Positions 21,486 to 33,169 are shown, numbered from the stretch's first letter. The stretch is 64,000 nt of DNA from Spirochaetota bacterium (GCA_963664815.2 CAXXHB010000003.1:2528001-2592000); one strand, 5' to 3'. Translations and numbers: made by a program. The notes: generated from the letters alone by a model not told the origin.

Positions 21486-23382
21486 TTATTTTATTGACTC
21501 CATTAGAATGTAAAAATATTTACCTTCCCTAGTTTTATGTAATTGGTACCATGCTTCTAATGTTTTTTCTTTCATTACACCAATTTTTTTAAAAACTTCA
21601 TAAGAAAATTCCAATGGAGCCAATCCTGTAGCAGTTATTAAATTTTCATCAACAACTACAGGATCATTCACATAAAAATTAATTCCTGTATAATCGGAAC
21701 AAAACATTTTTAGAACCTCTTTGTCATTACTCGTATGCTTTCGATTATCCAGCAGTCCTTTTTGCGCTAATGCTATTGTAGCTCCACAAATTGCAGCGAC
21801 TACAACTTTTTTATTAATCACTTCTGCTACTATATTTAATATTTGATCTTCCCCTGATATAGTGGACATTAAGTTAAGCCGAAAATATAATAAATTTGGA
21901 GGCTTACAATGTCAGAGAGAAGTAAATACAGCCCGGAATTTAAGAAAGAGGCTGTAGAATTATTAAGAACCAGCGGAAAGACATCACTTGAAATAGCGAA
22001 TGATCTTGGGATTAAAAGAGATAATCTATTGCGCTGGAATAGGGAAATTGAAACAGAGGAAAGGAATTCCGGGACAATAACAATAAATCCTCAGGATAGT
22101 GAAGAAATTAAACGACTCAAGAAGGAAATGTTGATTCTTAAGCAGGAGCGTGACATTCTAAAAAAGGCTCTGGGCATATTCTCGAAACCACAAGAATGAA
22201 ATATGAATTCATCAAGGAACAGAGTACTGAATTTCCAGTATCGAGGATATGCCAGATTATGGATGTGAGTAAAAGCGGTTATTATGCCTGGCTGAAAGCT
22301 CCAAAGAGTATAAGAGGGCTTGAAAATGAAATACTATTGGAGAGGATAAAATCATCACATGAATCAAGCGGAGAGAGCTATGGCAGCCCCAGAATTCATC
22401 AGGATTTACTTGAAGAAGGTATTTTCTGCGGAATACATAGGGTTGAGAGGCTGATGAATGTGAATGGGATTCATGCAAAGACAAAGAAAAAATTTAAGGC
22501 AACCACTGATTCGGGTCATTCTTTGCCAGTGTCTGAGAATATACTAGACAGGAATTTTACTGTTGAAGAGAAAGATAAAGTATATGTGTCAGATATAACC
22601 TATATCTGGACATTAGAAGGCTGGCTGTATTTATGTATAGTAATGGATTTATTTTCCAGAATGATAGTCGGATGGTCAATGGCAAATCATATGAGAGCTG
22701 AACTTGTTGAAGATGCTTTTAACATGGCCTGTATGAGAAGAAATCCGGGCCCTGGCCTGATATTCCATTCTGATAGAGGTAAACAATATGCCAGCAAATC
22801 CTTCAGGGAATTACTTGAATCAAAGAAATGTATTCAGAGTATGAGCAGGAATGGCAATTGCTGGGATAATGCCTGTGCTGAATCTTTATTTCATTCGATG
22901 AAAACAGAAGAATTTTATTTTAATATTTACAAAACAAGGAATGAGGCTAAGAGAAGTATCTTTAGATATATTGAAATATTTTATAACCGTAAAAGAAGGC
23001 ATTCACATCTGGGTTATAAAAGTCCGGAGATTTTTGAAAGATTAAATCTTAAAATAATGGCTTAACAAAGTGTCCATTTTTTCGGGGGAACATCAATTTT
23101 TTGATTATTTTCATCCATCCAAGTATCGGCTCCCGGTAAAATGAGTAAGTCATTTTCCTTAAATTCAACATCAGCGACATCTTTATCTGGAGTAATAATA
23201 ATCCCTCCCATCGTTTTTATAGGTTTTAAGTTATCGCCTATTTTTATTAATGATATTTTTTCTTTGCTTTTATCTAAATATCTACCACTGTTTAATTCAG
23301 CAATTATAAATCCGATTTCCCAATCAGCTAATGTATCTAATATATACACATAGCAATTTCTACATTTGGTTTCTTTATTCAT
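21486..23382 (-). pseudogene. DJ-1/PfpI family cassette gene interrupted by IS3
   Basis: LADWEIG, LILPGA (5' part) and VAAICGAT (3' part) flank the IS. Confidence 0.88.
21844..23095 (+). mobile_element. IS3-family element (orfA 21909-22199, orfB 22196-23065)
   Basis: TG...CA inverted repeats, 3-bp ATT duplication, DDE motifs (SDITY, HSDRGKQY, DNACAE). Confidence 0.95.
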
Positions 23383-23617
23383 TTTTCCTCCAATAAATCC
23401 TTTCTTTATTGTCCTGGCCAATTCTTCAGCTTGAACAAAGGCTAATCCAATTATTGTTACAAACAAATAAGTTTTAGCTTCATAATTTTATTCTCAGGCG
23501 GTTTTGTTCAAGCTGTGTTATGTGCTGAAAACACGATTACAAAAAGTTTTGTGTAAGCGAAACGAATGTTGAGCTTGAATGCACTTATTTTACTATTATT
23601 CATTTTTTATTATATTC

Positions 23618-26398
23618 TTAATCTATTTTTTGTCTTAACTGGCAGAAACCGTTGTAATATACTCCATCATGATTTAATGGTTTGTAAGCGTCAAATTAAC
23701 CCCATCTTGAAAAAAGATCAATGATATATTACAATACCCTTCATTAAAAAATGGAGGAAGAGATGAGTAAAAGAATTGAATATCAGAAACGCGATATGTC
23801 AAGCATGGAGAAACATATAGCCGCCTGGGAACAAAGCGGGATATCACAAGTTGAGTATTGCAGAGAGAATAAAATACCTCTGTCAACCTTCGGCAACTGG
23901 AAATCAAAAGTAAGTAAAAAATCTCAGAAAGAAATACCATTTATTGAACTGCAGGGGAATTTTTCATATCAGGATGAATATTTTGAATTACTGCTCGATG
24001 ATGGCATGACTTTGAGAATCCGTGAAACCATCCCTGTATCGCAATTACGAAATATCATTCTTGCCATACGGAGGTAGTGATGCTCAGTTTGCAGAGAGAA
24101 ACGAGAATATTTCTTCATCCCGGCAAAACAGATTTTCGGAAGTCAATCAATGGTTTATCCGTCTTTGTTCAGGAGCATATGAAGGAAGACCCTTTCAGCG
24201 GGAATTACTATGTGTTCTGCAACCGGACAAAAAATATGCTGAAGATATTATACTGGGACAGGAATGGTTTCTGCCTGTGGCATAAAAGGCTGGAGGAGGA
24301 TAAATTCCGCTGGCCCCGGATAGCCGAAGATGTCCATGAGATTACCCGCGAGGAATTCCGGTGGCTGTTACAGGGGCTTGACTTCTATAATGCTCATAAA
24401 ATCCGCCGTTATGCAAGCGTGATATAAAAATTAATTGCAATCATGAGGGCATGTTATATGATGTACTCATGATTGCAATGCCCGACAACCTTCCTGATGA
24501 TGTAAACGAGCTCAAGAAAATTATTTCAAACCTGGCAAATGAATACGAAAAAGAAATTCAATATCTTAAAGAGAAAAATAAATTTTTACTTCAAAAGTTA
24601 TTCGGCCGTAAAAGCGAGAAGCTGACTCCCGATGATATTCTACAGGGCCGGTTGTTTGATGAATCAGAATTCAGCTCTGATGAGAATGAAAACGCAGAAG
24701 ATGATTCACCTGAAAAGCTAACCGTTGTTTCATCTCATACACGCCGGAAGACAGGAAAGAAACCTCTTCCGGAATCACTCCCTCGTGTTGATGTTGTACA
24801 TGATATCTCCGAAGAAGAAAAACAGTGTGCCTGCGGGTGCGAGATGAAACGCATTGGGGAAGAAGTTTCTGAAAAGCTTGATATGATTCCTGCGAAAATC
24901 CAGGTGCTTCGTCATATCCGATATAAATATGCCTGTAAAAACTGTGAAGGGAGCGAAAGTGATGAAGCTCCGGTAAAGATTGCGCCATTGCCTCCGCAGA
25001 TTATACCGCAGGGGATTGCAACACCAGGACTTGCGGCATGGGTGCTGGTGAGTAAATTCTGCGATGCGCTTCCTTTTTACCGGCAGGAAAAGCTTTTTTC
25101 CCGGATTGGTGTTGATATTTCACGAGCGACTTTTTGTAACTGGTCCATTATTACACATAGAGGCAGTGAACGGCTGCTCGAACTGATGTGGAGAGATATT
25201 CTTGCGTCTCGGCTTGTTGGCATGGATGAGACGCCGGTGCAGGTTATGAAAGAGCCAGGCCGCAAAAATACAACAAAGTCATACATGTGGCTGTTCCGGG
25301 GTGGAGAAGAAACCCGACCAATTGTGATATTCCGGTATGCTCCGACCCGGGGATCGGAATTCATAAACAGTGAATTTGCGGATTACGAAGGTGTCATCCA
25401 GACCGACGGCTATCAGGGATACAAAACTCTGGGTAAAAAAGAAAAAGTAACACATGCTGTATGCTGGGCACATGTCCGGAGAAAATTCATGGAAGCGATG
25501 AATGGCACCAGTCAGTCTTTTTCACATTCTATAGTATCGATGATAAAAACGCTTTATGATGTAGAAAAAGAAATACGTGAGAATAAATATAACCATGAAG
25601 AGATCAGACAGGTGCGCAATGATAAATCACGTCCAGTAGTGGAAAAGATAGAACAGCAATTGAAAAAGCATGTTCACAGTATTGCACCGGGAAGTCTTGC
25701 CGGTAAGGCAATCTCATACTCATTAAAGCTGTGGCCCCAGTTGTGTGTATATCTTGACAACCCTATTATTCCCATCGACAATAATCATGTTGAAAATGCA
25801 ATCCGCCCTTTTGTGGTGGGACGAAAAAACTGGCTTTTTTCCGGTAGCCCGCGCGGTGCCCATGCCAGTGCCGGATTATATAGCATAATAGAAACGGCAA
25901 AGGCAAATGGTCTTGAGCCATACTGGTATCTTAGATACCTGTTTGAAAAATTACCTGCCTGTACAAGTGATAATGAAATCCGGTCAATTATGCCGAATAG
26001 AATTGATCCTGAAGTTATCAGTAAACTCAGAGGTGGGGTTAATTAAGCACATACAATGGTTTTATCCCAGAAATCAGATATTTTTCGTTCTTTTTAAAAT
26101 CAATGGGAATTAAATCACATGATGTTGTTTTATAAAAAAATATAATCTTTACTGTTTTTGATTTTTCACCTTTTATTAATTCAAGAATTTCAAAAGTAAC
26201 TTCTTGTTCAGAAATATACTTCTTTTTATTTTTATCTTGGGATGTTTGTGTTTCTACTTTAATAACTTTGCCTTTAAAAACTATATCATGACGCATGACT
26301 TGTTTTATTTCATCTGGAGAATCACAAGGGCATGCGTTTAAAATGTAATTACTAAAAACTATAATTAAGATAGATAAAAAAAGCTTATAGTATTTCAT
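23618..26398 (-). pseudogene. TIMP/NTR-like secreted cassette gene interrupted by IS66
   Basis: signal peptide, ACPC, DIVFKGKV; frame continues KPLNHDGVYYNGFCQ after removing the IS. Confidence 0.75.
23684..26054 (+). mobile_element. IS66-family element (tnpA 23751-24077, tnpB 24077-24427, tnpC 24451-26046)
   Basis: gtaagcg / cacatac ends, 8-bp duplication aatggttt, TnpB D.RK..GL, TnpC DNNHVENAIRP. Confidence 0.96.
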
Positions 26399-26478
26399 TA
26401 TTAAACCATTTTCATAAATTGATTAAGTATCTATAATATACGGCCACGGATGGTCGTTGAAAATAGTCTCGCGCTTTT

Positions 26479-26512
26479 GTTCAACGTCTAGCTTACACGA
26501 AGTTGGCACATA
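26479..26512 (-). repeat. partial attC (L'/R' arm)
   Basis: gttcaacgtctagcttacacgaagttg resembles atataacgccttgcttacacgacgttg. Confidence 0.65.
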
Positions 26513-26518
26513 GGGCCT

Positions 26519-26588
26519 CCGGTAAAATTACCGGATTTTTACTGTATGTTATTTCAAAGCGACCGGGAGAAAACGGTATTCAAATTCT
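26519..26588 (+). repeat. fragment of repeat B
   Basis: ccggtaaaattaccggattttt...aaacggtattcaaattc. Confidence 0.8.
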
Positions 26589-27906
26589 ATTCTTTCAAGT
26601 TGTTTATATATTTACCGAAATGTTTATCTTCTTTGAGTGTATGATTTACAACCCAGTCGATTAGCAATATCTGTATTTTGAACATTAAAAAAGTTTTACT
26701 CATTTTGCTTTCATTGATTTCGTTTTTCAATTGCTCAAATTGAACAGTAAATCTTCTATGTTGTATTTTCTGATGATCGATAAATGGATATTTATTATCA
26801 TGAAGATATTTTTCTTCAGTGGTAAAATGCTTAGAAACATAATCATCAAGAAACAAAATGAATTTTTCAATTTCAGATTTTTTATTTTCCTGGTCTACCA
26901 TATGTAAAAGTTTGATGGAGTTAGTTAATAATTCATAATGCTGCTTGTCTATTTCCTCGTTCCCAACTTCAAAATATGAACTCCATTCCAATTGCTGAGT
27001 TAATTCCTTTGTTCCTTCATGTTCTCCGGTTTTTAGGAACATTTTACATCTTTTAAGATAAACTTTTGCTGGTTGGTCATCAGGATTTAGTTTTACACAT
27101 TTATCGAGAAGTTCTTTTGCTTCTTCAATCTGTTTGAAGTGATAATATGCCAATGCTTCTTCAAACATCTGTTTCGTTTCCAGTTTTAGTTTTTTAATTT
27201 CCGGCTCATCCTGATCAAATACTTCATAGACAGACTGAGGCTGGTATTTGCCTTTAACTAATACTCTATCTATGAAACGAATACAATGTTCAGAAGCAAC
27301 CGCTATGTTTCTTAGAGTGTGTTCACTAATAAGTAATTTTACTCCATACTTTTTTGTTAAACTTTCAATTCTTGATGCAAGATTTACTGAATCACTAATT
27401 ACCGTACTTTCCATACGTGAAAAACCACCAATGGTTCCAAGCATCGCAAGGCCAGTATTAAGACCAATTCCAATGTTAATAGGTTTGTAACCGGCCCTTT
27501 TTCTACCTTCATTATAATGTTTGAGCTGCTTTAACATTAATAAAGCACAATGAAGAGCATCGTTTGCATCGTTTGGGAAAATGGCCATAATGGCATCACC
27601 GATAAATTTGTCGATTATCCCATCCTGTACATTGATTATTGGTTCCATTTGACTGAAATATGAATTAATAAAATTAAAATTTTCTTCCGGTGATAGCGTT
27701 TCTGAAAGTGTTGTAAAATCTCTAATATCAGTAAATAGAATTGTAATTTTTTTTTCTATCTGATCTCCTAGTTTCACATCGATGATATTATTCTTACCAA
27801 TTAATTTTAATAATTGATAAGGTACAAATCTATCATATGAACTGATAATCTTTTTTATAAGTTCCGGATTATTTGTAAGATCATTTTCATCTTTCATATC
27901 ATTCAC
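26587..27906 (-). CDS. class III adenylate/guanylate cyclase with TPR-like linker and bacteriohemerythrin domain
   Basis: FTDIRDFT, DKFIGDAIMA, DSVNLASRIE; IDKQH..HFTTEE..H...H..W..NH..ED. Confidence 0.9.
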   Translation of the reverse strand: MNDMKDENDLTNNPELIKKIISSYDRFVPYQLLKLIGKNNIIDVKLGDQIEKKITILFTDIRDFTTLSETLSPEENFNFINSYFSQMEPIINVQDGIIDKFIGDAIMAIFPNDANDALHCALLMLKQLKHYNEGRKRAGYKPINIGIGLNTGLAMLGTIGGFSRMESTVISDSVNLASRIESLTKKYGVKLLISEHTLRNIAVASEHCIRFIDRVLVKGKYQPQSVYEVFDQDEPEIKKLKLETKQMFEEALAYYHFKQIEEAKELLDKCVKLNPDDQPAKVYLKRCKMFLKTGEHEGTKELTQQLEWSSYFEVGNEEIDKQHYELLTNSIKLLHMVDQENKKSEIEKFILFLDDYVSKHFTTEEKYLHDNKYPFIDHQKIQHRRFTVQFEQLKNEINESKMSKTFLMFKIQILLIDWVVNHTLKEDKHFGKYINNLKE

Positions 27907-28033
27907 GGCTTATTCTCTAATTTAATATACAATGTAATTTAACTTTTTCAATAGATATGCACGTTAATTCTTTGGAAATAATTTTGATTCAGTATAGTTT
28001 TTATTATTAGCAGAATAAAAGTTAAGCACGTCG

Positions 28034-28371
28034 ATCTGCCAGGTCAGGAAGATCGCGCCTCCTTCCCCCCATAAATACCGTACGTGAAAGTTTTACCACA
28101 GGCACTTCCTTCGGTCGCCCTTTTTACGGCTCAAGCCGTCTAAAGCTGATTATACAACCAACCGCTGTTAGCATTTTTATTCCCGTTTTTTATATCAGAA
28201 ATAATCAGAATATTCTTTTAAAATGGGTTCTGCCCGATTCCAGTGGTTTCGTCCAACAAAAGTCTTAACATAGATGCTTCCTGAATTTTAAAATTATCTG
28301 CTTAATATTTTATACATCTGATAAAGATTAGCGGTTTTTTTGAGGCAACTACGTTAAGACTTCTATAAGTT
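28034..28371. mobile_element. shortened composite (intron 3' end fused to the end of repeat B, plus repeat A)
   Basis: deletion at the gttc microhomology near 28228. Confidence 0.85.
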
Positions 28372-28617
28372 ATATGAAGGCGGCGCGCTATACAGCAACC
28401 AGTCGCAGCAATACAAGGAAGTATTGCTGCGTTTATAAGAAACCGATTTTACCACAGAACAACATAAACATTTTTATTAATTTCATATCAACAGAAAAAG
28501 TCAATATCAATCTTGACATAGCAGGAAGTATAGAGCAATAGTTTCATATTCATAATAAAACGTGTGATGAAGAGTCATTCATTCATTCATTCATTAATAA
28601 ATATTCCGGAGGAGAAT

Positions 28618-29205
28618 ATGCATTTTAAAATAAAATCAGCAAGTTTAATTGCGGCTTTAATCATGATCTTTGGAGCAGCAGCTTTCTTTGCAAATGAAAG
28701 CAACGCGCAGGGAAAGACATACAAGATAGGGGACAAAGGCCCTGCCGGAGGCTGGGTATTTTATGACAAAGGTAATTCTGATGACGGATGGAGATATTTG
28801 GAAGCAGCACCAGTTGATCAGACTACAAAAGATGGTGCAGAATGGAGTTGCTATAAAAAATCAATACCCGGCGCACGAGGTACAGCCATAGGGACAGGTA
28901 AAAGTAATACAGAGGCTATAGTTAAAAGCTGTGGAGAAGCAAAGATAGCAGCTAAACTATGTACTGCATACAGAGGCGGCGGAAAAAGTGACTGGTTTTT
29001 GCCATCGAAAGATGAGCTTAATCTGATGTATGCAATTTTGTGTGTAAAAGGTGTTGGCAGTTTCGCTGATAACCATTATTGGAGTTCGTCGCAGAACCTT
29101 GCTGGCCTCGCGTGGTACCAGAGTTTCGGCAATGTCCTCAAGAAGGGCACCATCAGGGAGGACAACGTGCTTAGGGTTCGGGCTGTCCGGGCTTTTAACA
29201 ATTGA
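28618..29205 (+). CDS. secreted DUF1566/CLec-fold protein, putative DGR target (copy 2)
   Basis: paralogue of 12129-12707 with a strongly divergent C-terminal segment. Confidence 0.85.
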   Translation: MHFKIKSASLIAALIMIFGAAAFFANESNAQGKTYKIGDKGPAGGWVFYDKGNSDDGWRYLEAAPVDQTTKDGAEWSCYKKSIPGARGTAIGTGKSNTEAIVKSCGEAKIAAKLCTAYRGGGKSDWFLPSKDELNLMYAILCVKGVGSFADNHYWSSSQNLAGLAWYQSFGNVLKKGTIREDNVLRVRAVRAFNN

Positions 29206-29345
29206 ACTATTTAACTATTTTTCTTTTCCCGCGATAGCGGATTCAAATTTTTTTTAATGGTATCCTATGGCGCTTACTGAATTCAAGGATGAATTGCAAT
29301 AAGGTACGAGCTTAAAATATCAGCAGGAAATATCCGAATACATTG

Positions 29346-29663
29346 AAGATAAGTATATCCGGAGTTTTTGAGACGTTGCATAAAATCGTCATTTACGGTC
29401 TATCCGTTGACTGGACAAATAATGATTTTACGGGATTATTATTTTCCCCGGTAAAATCACCGGATTATTACTGCATGTTATTTCAAAGAACGGGAGAAAA
29501 CGGTATTCAAATTCCTATATATACTGTTCGATCCCAGTGGTTTCGTCCAACAGAGTCTTAACATAGTTGTTGTCTGAAGATTGAAATTATCTGTTTAATA
29601 TTTTTATACCGCTGATAAAGACCAGCGGTTTTTTGGGCAGCTACGTTAAAACTTCTATAAGTT
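29346..29663 (+). repeat. repeat B plus repeat A (29545-29663)
   Basis: same repeat family; ends in GTTATATG. Confidence 0.9.
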
Positions 29664-29728
29664 ATATGAAGCGGCCTCTAATAAAAATATATCCGACTTG
29701 AGGCATGGACTCCGAAAGACGGCAATAA

Positions 29729-30271
29729 TTATTGTTCATAAAAAGCCGAACCACTTACAACTAATTCACATAATTTTTCTTTTATTATTTTTATTAAACA
29801 ATCCGTAGTTCTAAAGTTTAGTATCTCATTACGAGTAATAACAATTAATCTAATTCCTTCTTGAAGCGCACTTGAAATTATACTTTGAGATTGTGTAAGA
29901 TCATATTGATTTCCAGTAATCCCATTTGCAGCGATGAAAATTCCAATATCTTGAGCTCTATGTTTTACTTTTTCCTTAAACCATGAAACATCGATGCTGC
30001 CGACAGGAGATGACCAATTCTTACATTCAACCAATATTATATATGGTAAAAAAACTAAGCCACCATTGTTTTTTTCATTCCAAAACGCTACATCAATTTC
30101 TTCAGTATTATGAATGTTCATTTGGTTTCGTCTTGTTACTGAAATTCCAGGTATTTTTTCGAATAAATAGCATATTAAATCTTCTAAAGCTTTACCCTTA
30201 TGTGCGGATACTTGAGCAAGATCGCTTTGATTAAAATAATCTAAAATTTTTCTGGAGGAATAATTAGCCAT
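29729..30271 (-). CDS. Mrr-like PD-(D/E)xK restriction endonuclease
   Basis: KGKALE, EIDV, ILVECKNWSSPV, GIFIAANGIT. Confidence 0.8.
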   Translation of the reverse strand: MANYSSRKILDYFNQSDLAQVSAHKGKALEDLICYLFEKIPGISVTRRNQMNIHNTEEIDVAFWNEKNNGGLVFLPYIILVECKNWSSPVGSIDVSWFKEKVKHRAQDIGIFIAANGITGNQYDLTQSQSIISSALQEGIRLIVITRNEILNFRTTDCLIKIIKEKLCELVVSGSAFYEQ

Positions 30272-31163
30272 TTATTCCTCCTTTATGAGCTAACGTATTT
30301 CTTTTATTCAAAATATATGATGTCAGTTCATTCGTAGCTATTAACTGAATAAATTTCTCAAGACTGAGGAATAATATTAAAGGGTAACGATTTTCATACT
30401 TTTCAAGATTATTGATTAGTATTTCTTTATAAAGAACTAGACCGAGATTCGAATTAGTTGCATTTAAATAATTATTCATTTGAGAATATATCTTAGTAAT
30501 GCTGTTGTCATTTTTAATTGTTTTTTTAAATTCAATTAAAAGTGGATTCTGAATACTTTTTTGTAACTCATCAATCCAGATAGCTAAATCGATTCCTTTA
30601 TCAATTGAATTTGAATTCGAAACACTCGTTATGTGATTAAAATTTGATAAAAAATGTTCAATGTTTTCAATAATTTCACTTTCATTCTCAATCTGATATA
30701 TTTTATTTATAAATTGATTATAATTGAATTTTTTATCAACTTTAGGAATTCTTTTTTGTTCACTTATTTTTTTAGTTTTATTTTTAATATTAAGATTATC
30801 AATAAATACATTTAAGTTAAACGATATAGCATCATAATCATTTTCATTTGCCTTAATATTCGGAAATTCTTTTAAAGTATGGGGAATATCTATATCTGGT
30901 TCATAAATAATAAAGATAGGTTTATTCATTCCTCTTGCTAAACCAAGTTCAAAATAATTATTTTGAGTAAAGTTTTTGTTTATCATCGCACAAACGAAGT
31001 CAGAAGATTTAATTAACTTTTCAATTAGCTGATTAATAGATAAACCTGGTTCAAATGATAAATCAGCAATATCAATATGATTTTCATTAAGGATGTTTTT
31101 GAGGATAAAATTATTTATATTGTTACTAGAGATTAAAAAGCATTTAGTTTTGTTATTATCCAT
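30264..31163 (-). CDS. TIR/nucleoside-deoxyribosyltransferase-like N-domain plus REase-like C-domain
   Basis: IKSSDFV...NNYFELGLARGMNKPI; DKGIDLAIW..LLIEFK. Confidence 0.65.
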   Translation of the reverse strand: MDNNKTKCFLISSNNINNFILKNILNENHIDIADLSFEPGLSINQLIEKLIKSSDFVCAMINKNFTQNNYFELGLARGMNKPIFIIYEPDIDIPHTLKEFPNIKANENDYDAISFNLNVFIDNLNIKNKTKKISEQKRIPKVDKKFNYNQFINKIYQIENESEIIENIEHFLSNFNHITSVSNSNSIDKGIDLAIWIDELQKSIQNPLLIEFKKTIKNDNSITKIYSQMNNYLNATNSNLGLVLYKEILINNLEKYENRYPLILFLSLEKFIQLIATNELTSYILNKRNTLAHKGGING

Positions 31164-31228
31164 AATAATTCCTATAAATATTTTCTTTACTAACCGGGCA
31201 CGGATGCCCGGATATATTTTTTAGGCCG

Positions 31229-31360
31229 GTCTGGTAGGTCAGGGAGCTCGCGCCTCCTTTCTACCATAAGAACCGTACGAGAAAGTTTTACCACAGGCAC
31301 TTCCTCCGGTCGCCCTTCTTACGACTCAAGTCGTCTAAAGATGATTATACAACCAGCTGC
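31229..31360 (-). ncRNA. group II intron 3' end remnant (DV-DVI)
   Basis: ...gtacggttctt...cctgacctaccagAC. Confidence 0.8.
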
Positions 31361-31423
31361 CAATTAAAGTAATATCCCTACCTAATATTTTGATGCAAGA
31401 ATGTAGACAAATACTCATGAATT

Positions 31424-33169
31424 CTAACGGTTTAAATAAAGACTTGATAATTCGCTAACTAAAGAGTCAGATGAGTACGCAGGACTAGTCACAGGGATTC
31501 TGATAATTCTGGTTGAATGTTTACTACTTTTTTTATAATGAATTTCAATTTCTTTTCTTTTTCTTTTATCTGTTTTTGCAATTCTTACAATTTTATCTTT
31601 ACTAATTACCTTTTTTCTACCATATAAAAATCGAATAGTTAAATTATCTTCATAAAATGTATATTTATATACACCTAGTTCAAAGAAAAATAAATAAAAC
31701 GGTAATACTACTAAAACTCCAAATGATAGTATCATAGAAAATAAATTATAATGACTAGAATTACCTACGAGAAAACCATAAACAATTATAACTATTCCCA
31801 TGATTACTTTTATACTATCATCCCAGACTATCATACTGTGAGGCAATGTTAAGCAGTTAGTATAGTGAGCCCAAAAAATGAGACACAGATTTCAATATGA
31901 TGAAGTGTATTTTTCCTTGAAATAAAACACAAGGAGAATTATAAAAGGTAATGAAAAAACGACATAGTAAAGAGTTCAAAGCAAAAGTAGCCATTGATGC
32001 CCTCCGTGGAGAAAAGACAGTACAGGAGTTGGCACAGAAGTATGAGATACACCCGAATCAGGTGACACTCTGGAAGAAGCAGTTAATTGAGAACGCAACT
32101 ACCGCATTTGATAAACATGGTAATGACAAAGAATTAGATGATACTGAAAAGAAACAAGACGAACTTTACAGCCAGATAGGTCAGCTCAAAGTTGAGAATG
32201 ATTTTTTAAAAAAAAAGTACAAGCAACTGTACGGGACAGAGCCGAAGTAGTAGAGCCCGGACATATGAAACTATCAATTAAAGAACAATGTGCAATTCTC
32301 GGCATAAGCCGTTCATCGTATTACTATAAGCCAGAATTGGCATTGAATGAAACCAATGTTGCAATATTGAAAGCTATCATGGAAGAATTAAAGCTTCATC
32401 CGTTTTACGGATATAGGAAGATTACTATAGCCCTTAAGGACATGAGTGTCACAAGAAAGCAGATTAGGTTAATCATGAAAAAGGCCGGACTGCGGGCTAT
32501 TTATCCCGGCAAACGCTTGTCAATACCAGTAAAGATGCATGAGAAATATCCATATCTCCTTCAAGATAAGAATATATGGCTTCCGAATCAGGTATGGGCG
32601 ACAGACATTACGTACATTAAGCTTTCAGGAGGTCATGTATATCTAATTGCTATTCTTGATTTATTCAGCCGGAAGGTGCTTTCATGGAAACTGTCAAATA
32701 CGCTGGATGCAGAATTTTGCGTATCGGCTCTTGAAGAAGCAATAATGACATATGGAACACCGGCGATTTTCAATACAGATCAGGGGAGCCAGTTTACATC
32801 TGAGGCATTTACAGAAAAACTTAAGAGCCATGGGATAAGGATCAGTATGGATGGCAAAGGACGAGCTCTGGATAACATTTATATTGAACGGCTCTGGAGG
32901 TCTCTCAAGTATGAAGAAATATATCTGAATGAATATCGCACCATGGAGAATTTAAAAGCAGCATTGAAAAGATATTTTGATTTTTATAATACTGAAAGAT
33001 TTCACCAGTCACTGGAGTATGCCACACCGGATAAAATATATTATTCGTCATTTAAAGAACAATGTCAGGAAGAAGCAGCTTGAAGGCCTGGAGAGATACA
33101 CCAAAACATTTTAAAATCATGTATTGACAAAAGGGCTCACCTTATAGTATTAAATTTTACATTTTCCAT
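31424..33169 (-). pseudogene. membrane cassette gene interrupted by IS3
   Basis: MENVKFNT (33169) joins NCLTLPHSMIVW after removing the IS. Confidence 0.75.
31861..33144 (+). mobile_element. IS3-family element (orfA 31951-32250, orfB 32265-33083)
   Basis: tatagtgagccc / gggctcacctta inverted repeats, TAG duplication, WATDITY, NTDQGSQFT, DNIYIERLW. Confidence 0.95.

Noticed and set aside
23495-23526. attC between the DJ-1 and TIMP-like cassettes
   Set aside because: Only gttatgtgc and a weak remnant remain, too degenerate to call.
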